A DNA stretch of 63,395 bases, filler included, from Choristocarpus tenellus KU-1152 (Eukaryota > Protista > Phaeophyceae): NCBI GenBank assembly GCA_964200185.2. It is 12 parts of 12 records of this genome, joined end to end, with 100 filler letters (N's around TTAATTAATTAA, not from the genome) between each part and the next. Parts side by side here need not be neighbours in the genome. Positions count along the whole stretch, not along the records: positions 59,505 to 63,395 come from CAXNAD020017329.1; 11 more parts are not named here. One strand, written 5' to 3'. The notes below the pieces were generated by a model, which did no database searches, had not been told where the DNA came from, and saw nothing but the letters and a program-made list of their open reading frames with translations. Position numbers and translations under genes: made by a program. Shown one piece after another: positions 61,345 to 63,395 of this stretch (within the stretch, counting starts at the first letter, position 1; the number at the start of each line of letters is the position of its first letter).

Positions 61345-63363
61345 ATTTTATGAAGTAACCTGAGTTTTGTGGGCGGAAGAAATTCTGGTTGGCTGGGAGC
61401 ACAGGACAAGGGAAGGTGGTGGAAAAAAAAGAAGGAAGCAGGAAGGTGAAGAATAGTTAAGGAATGACTGGCTAAGAGAAGGGGGAAAAGGTTAAAAGAA
61501 ATGACTGGTAGGAAGAGGGAAGGGGAAGGGTTGATCAGTTTATAATAAGAGGGCTGAGTGAGAACCAGGGGTACGGGACAAGGGGTGAGAACAAGACAAC
61601 TTCCGAGCAAGCTCTTCATAATCAAAGGTTGACTGAAAGGAGAGAGAATAAGAACGGAAGGAACAAGACGACATGGGAGGAATTTGTGGGAAACGATGGG
61701 AAGGAACAGGGGAAAGACGAGAGAAAAACGATAGAAGGTTGGGCAGAAGAAAAAGGATGGAAAAGAAAATGAAGAAGAGATGGGAACAATGGCGGCACAG
61801 AGGATGCAATCGGAGATCAAGAAGGCGCAACGAGAGATGGGATTCTTTGCAGGGGGGGGGGGGGGAGGAAAGGAGTGGGGGAGGAAGAAGAAGAAGCAGG
61901 GAACAGGAGTGAAGGCGACCCCAGCCAACCCCAGGTCCAGGGTAACGAGATAGCCAAACTAACTGAGAGAATGGATCGTATGATGGAGATTTTGCAGGAG
62001 TTACGTCACGTGCAAAAACCAGAACAAAAAGGGGGAGACAGAGGGATGGGAGGGGGAGCCAGATCAACATTGGGAGAAAGATCGATATCTTCAACAACAA
62101 TGGCAGAAAGGATCAAAGAGAAGTCAATGATCCAAGCATGGAGCAGGGTCGAGGTGAGGAAGTACTTCGCACTCCTTGGATTCATTCCCTTGTTTATTAA
62201 AACGGGAAATGCCAGAACGATAGAGTACAAGCTACAGCGGATAGTGGACGAGAAAACGGATGTGACGGAAGAGGTGGCCAAACAACTAAAAAACTTGGCA
62301 GCCTTCACAATCAAGGACTACATACCAAGGGGGAAGCTGGGGAGGAAGACATACAGGGGGGACCACGAACTTCCAGACAATTTCGATTGCTTTGTGGCAG
62401 CAATGGCGAGGTTTGTGATGCAGGTATGGGGGAAGTTGGAATCCAGGGCAGAGGAGGACAGCAAGGGTGATAGAGGGTCTGGAAGGGGCCAGATGCAAGA
62501 TACGAATGTTCTATGGAGCAAGTAAGCCCACGTTGTTAGAGAGTCCTCGGATCATCAAATTGATTTTCAGTGGGGGAGGATCTTCAGTGCTGGGAAAAAC
62601 AGATAGCAGCAGCAGCAGATATTATAGAGAACAAGTTTAACGCCCCACCACCCCCTGAAACTTGGATACCACCCCCTCCGAGCCCCTGCTTCACATGCTT
62701 AGAGATGACACTGGGTCAGGCAAAGAATATGCTACCCGCCTTGTACAGCACTGAGTCCTGCTCCAGGTCAATGAAGAGGGTGGGAACATGGGAGGAGACA
62801 AGAGCGTCAAAGTCCCCCGGACCAGACAAGAGAAACAGGGCAGGAGTCTCGAATGGAGGGGGAAGTCGTACAACCCGTGCTTTGTATGGAAGGCGAGGCA
62901 GGAATGCGATTTCCTGAAAAAGAATAGATATTGCAAATTCGACCACTTCCAGGAAGGAGAAGAAGAAAAGGAAAAGGAAGACCAGACTAACGCCAAATCT
63001 ACAAAGAAAGACCCCTGAAGACGCGGACCCACCCCTCCCGGGGTTGGGCCGGCAGGACAGGACCAAAGGACGTCAGTGCTACCACAACATATGCAGGGGA
63101 CGTCAGGGATTCCAACACCAGGGTCGATACACCGGACAATTAAAGGTAGAGGGGGAGGGGAAGGGGGAAAGAGCGATGAATTTGAAGATTGGTTGAGGGC
63201 ATGGGAGAAGTGAAAAGGAGAAAAGGATTGGGTAACGTTAGAGAAGGGACTGAATGACCTAGCTAAAAAGGGGGAAGCATTACTAGGAGGGTCTGGGGGG
63301 ATTTGGGAATACTAGTGGATAGGTTGAGGGAAAGGTGGAGTCCCAAACGGTTGAACTGGGGAA
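61345..63363 (+). mobile_element. 5' part of a probable DIRS/Ngaro-like retroelement: leader, gag-like ORF1 with coiled coil and CCCH finger, start of ORF2
   Basis: Purine-rich intronless broken ORF 61696-63018 ending in CFVWKARQECDFLKKNRYCKFDH; downstream LVDRLRERWSPKRLNWE cut by a MITE. No YR or RT core seen on this strand. Confidence 0.45.
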
Positions 63364-63395
63364 GGGTCAAAGTATCTGGGGGGGGGTGTTGGCGT
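63364..63395. mobile_element. MITE family B terminus at window end
   Basis: gggtcaaagtatctggggggggg. Confidence 0.75.

Noticed and set aside
61194-61928. 244-aa minus-strand membrane protein
   Set aside because: Antisense shadow of a purine-rich plus strand.

Overview
The window is not one locus. It is 12 eukaryotic contigs joined by artificial 100-nt N...TTAATTAATTAA...N linkers. The intron-rich genes, PPR exon, DD39D-like mariner and TTAGGG repeats fit an ochrophyte/brown-alga-like genome (inference). Host gene pieces: eight exons of a class-I-like myosin (converter, six IQ motifs, start of a PH-like tail), the last exon of an IQ-repeat protein, a HINT/HIT protein, a PPR exon, a possible LisH protein and one orphan gene. 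Most of the remaining identifiable sequence is mobile DNA: three ~180-280 bp MITE families with shared G..CAAAGTA termini and mostly 4-bp TSDs (Sola2-like), a TA-flanked foldback MITE, a mariner pseudogene, a half-tRNA-primed copia fused to a gypsy at a MITE, a solo LTR, and possible LINE, DIRS/Ngaro and virus-like relics. The most unusual signal is that short TTAGGG tracts occur every few kb, and in four places a paralogous copy shows that ordinary sequence was locally rewritten into telomere repeat. This suggests a telomere-templated mutagenic or repair process acting at internal sites, and some tracts sit where intron branch points are expected.
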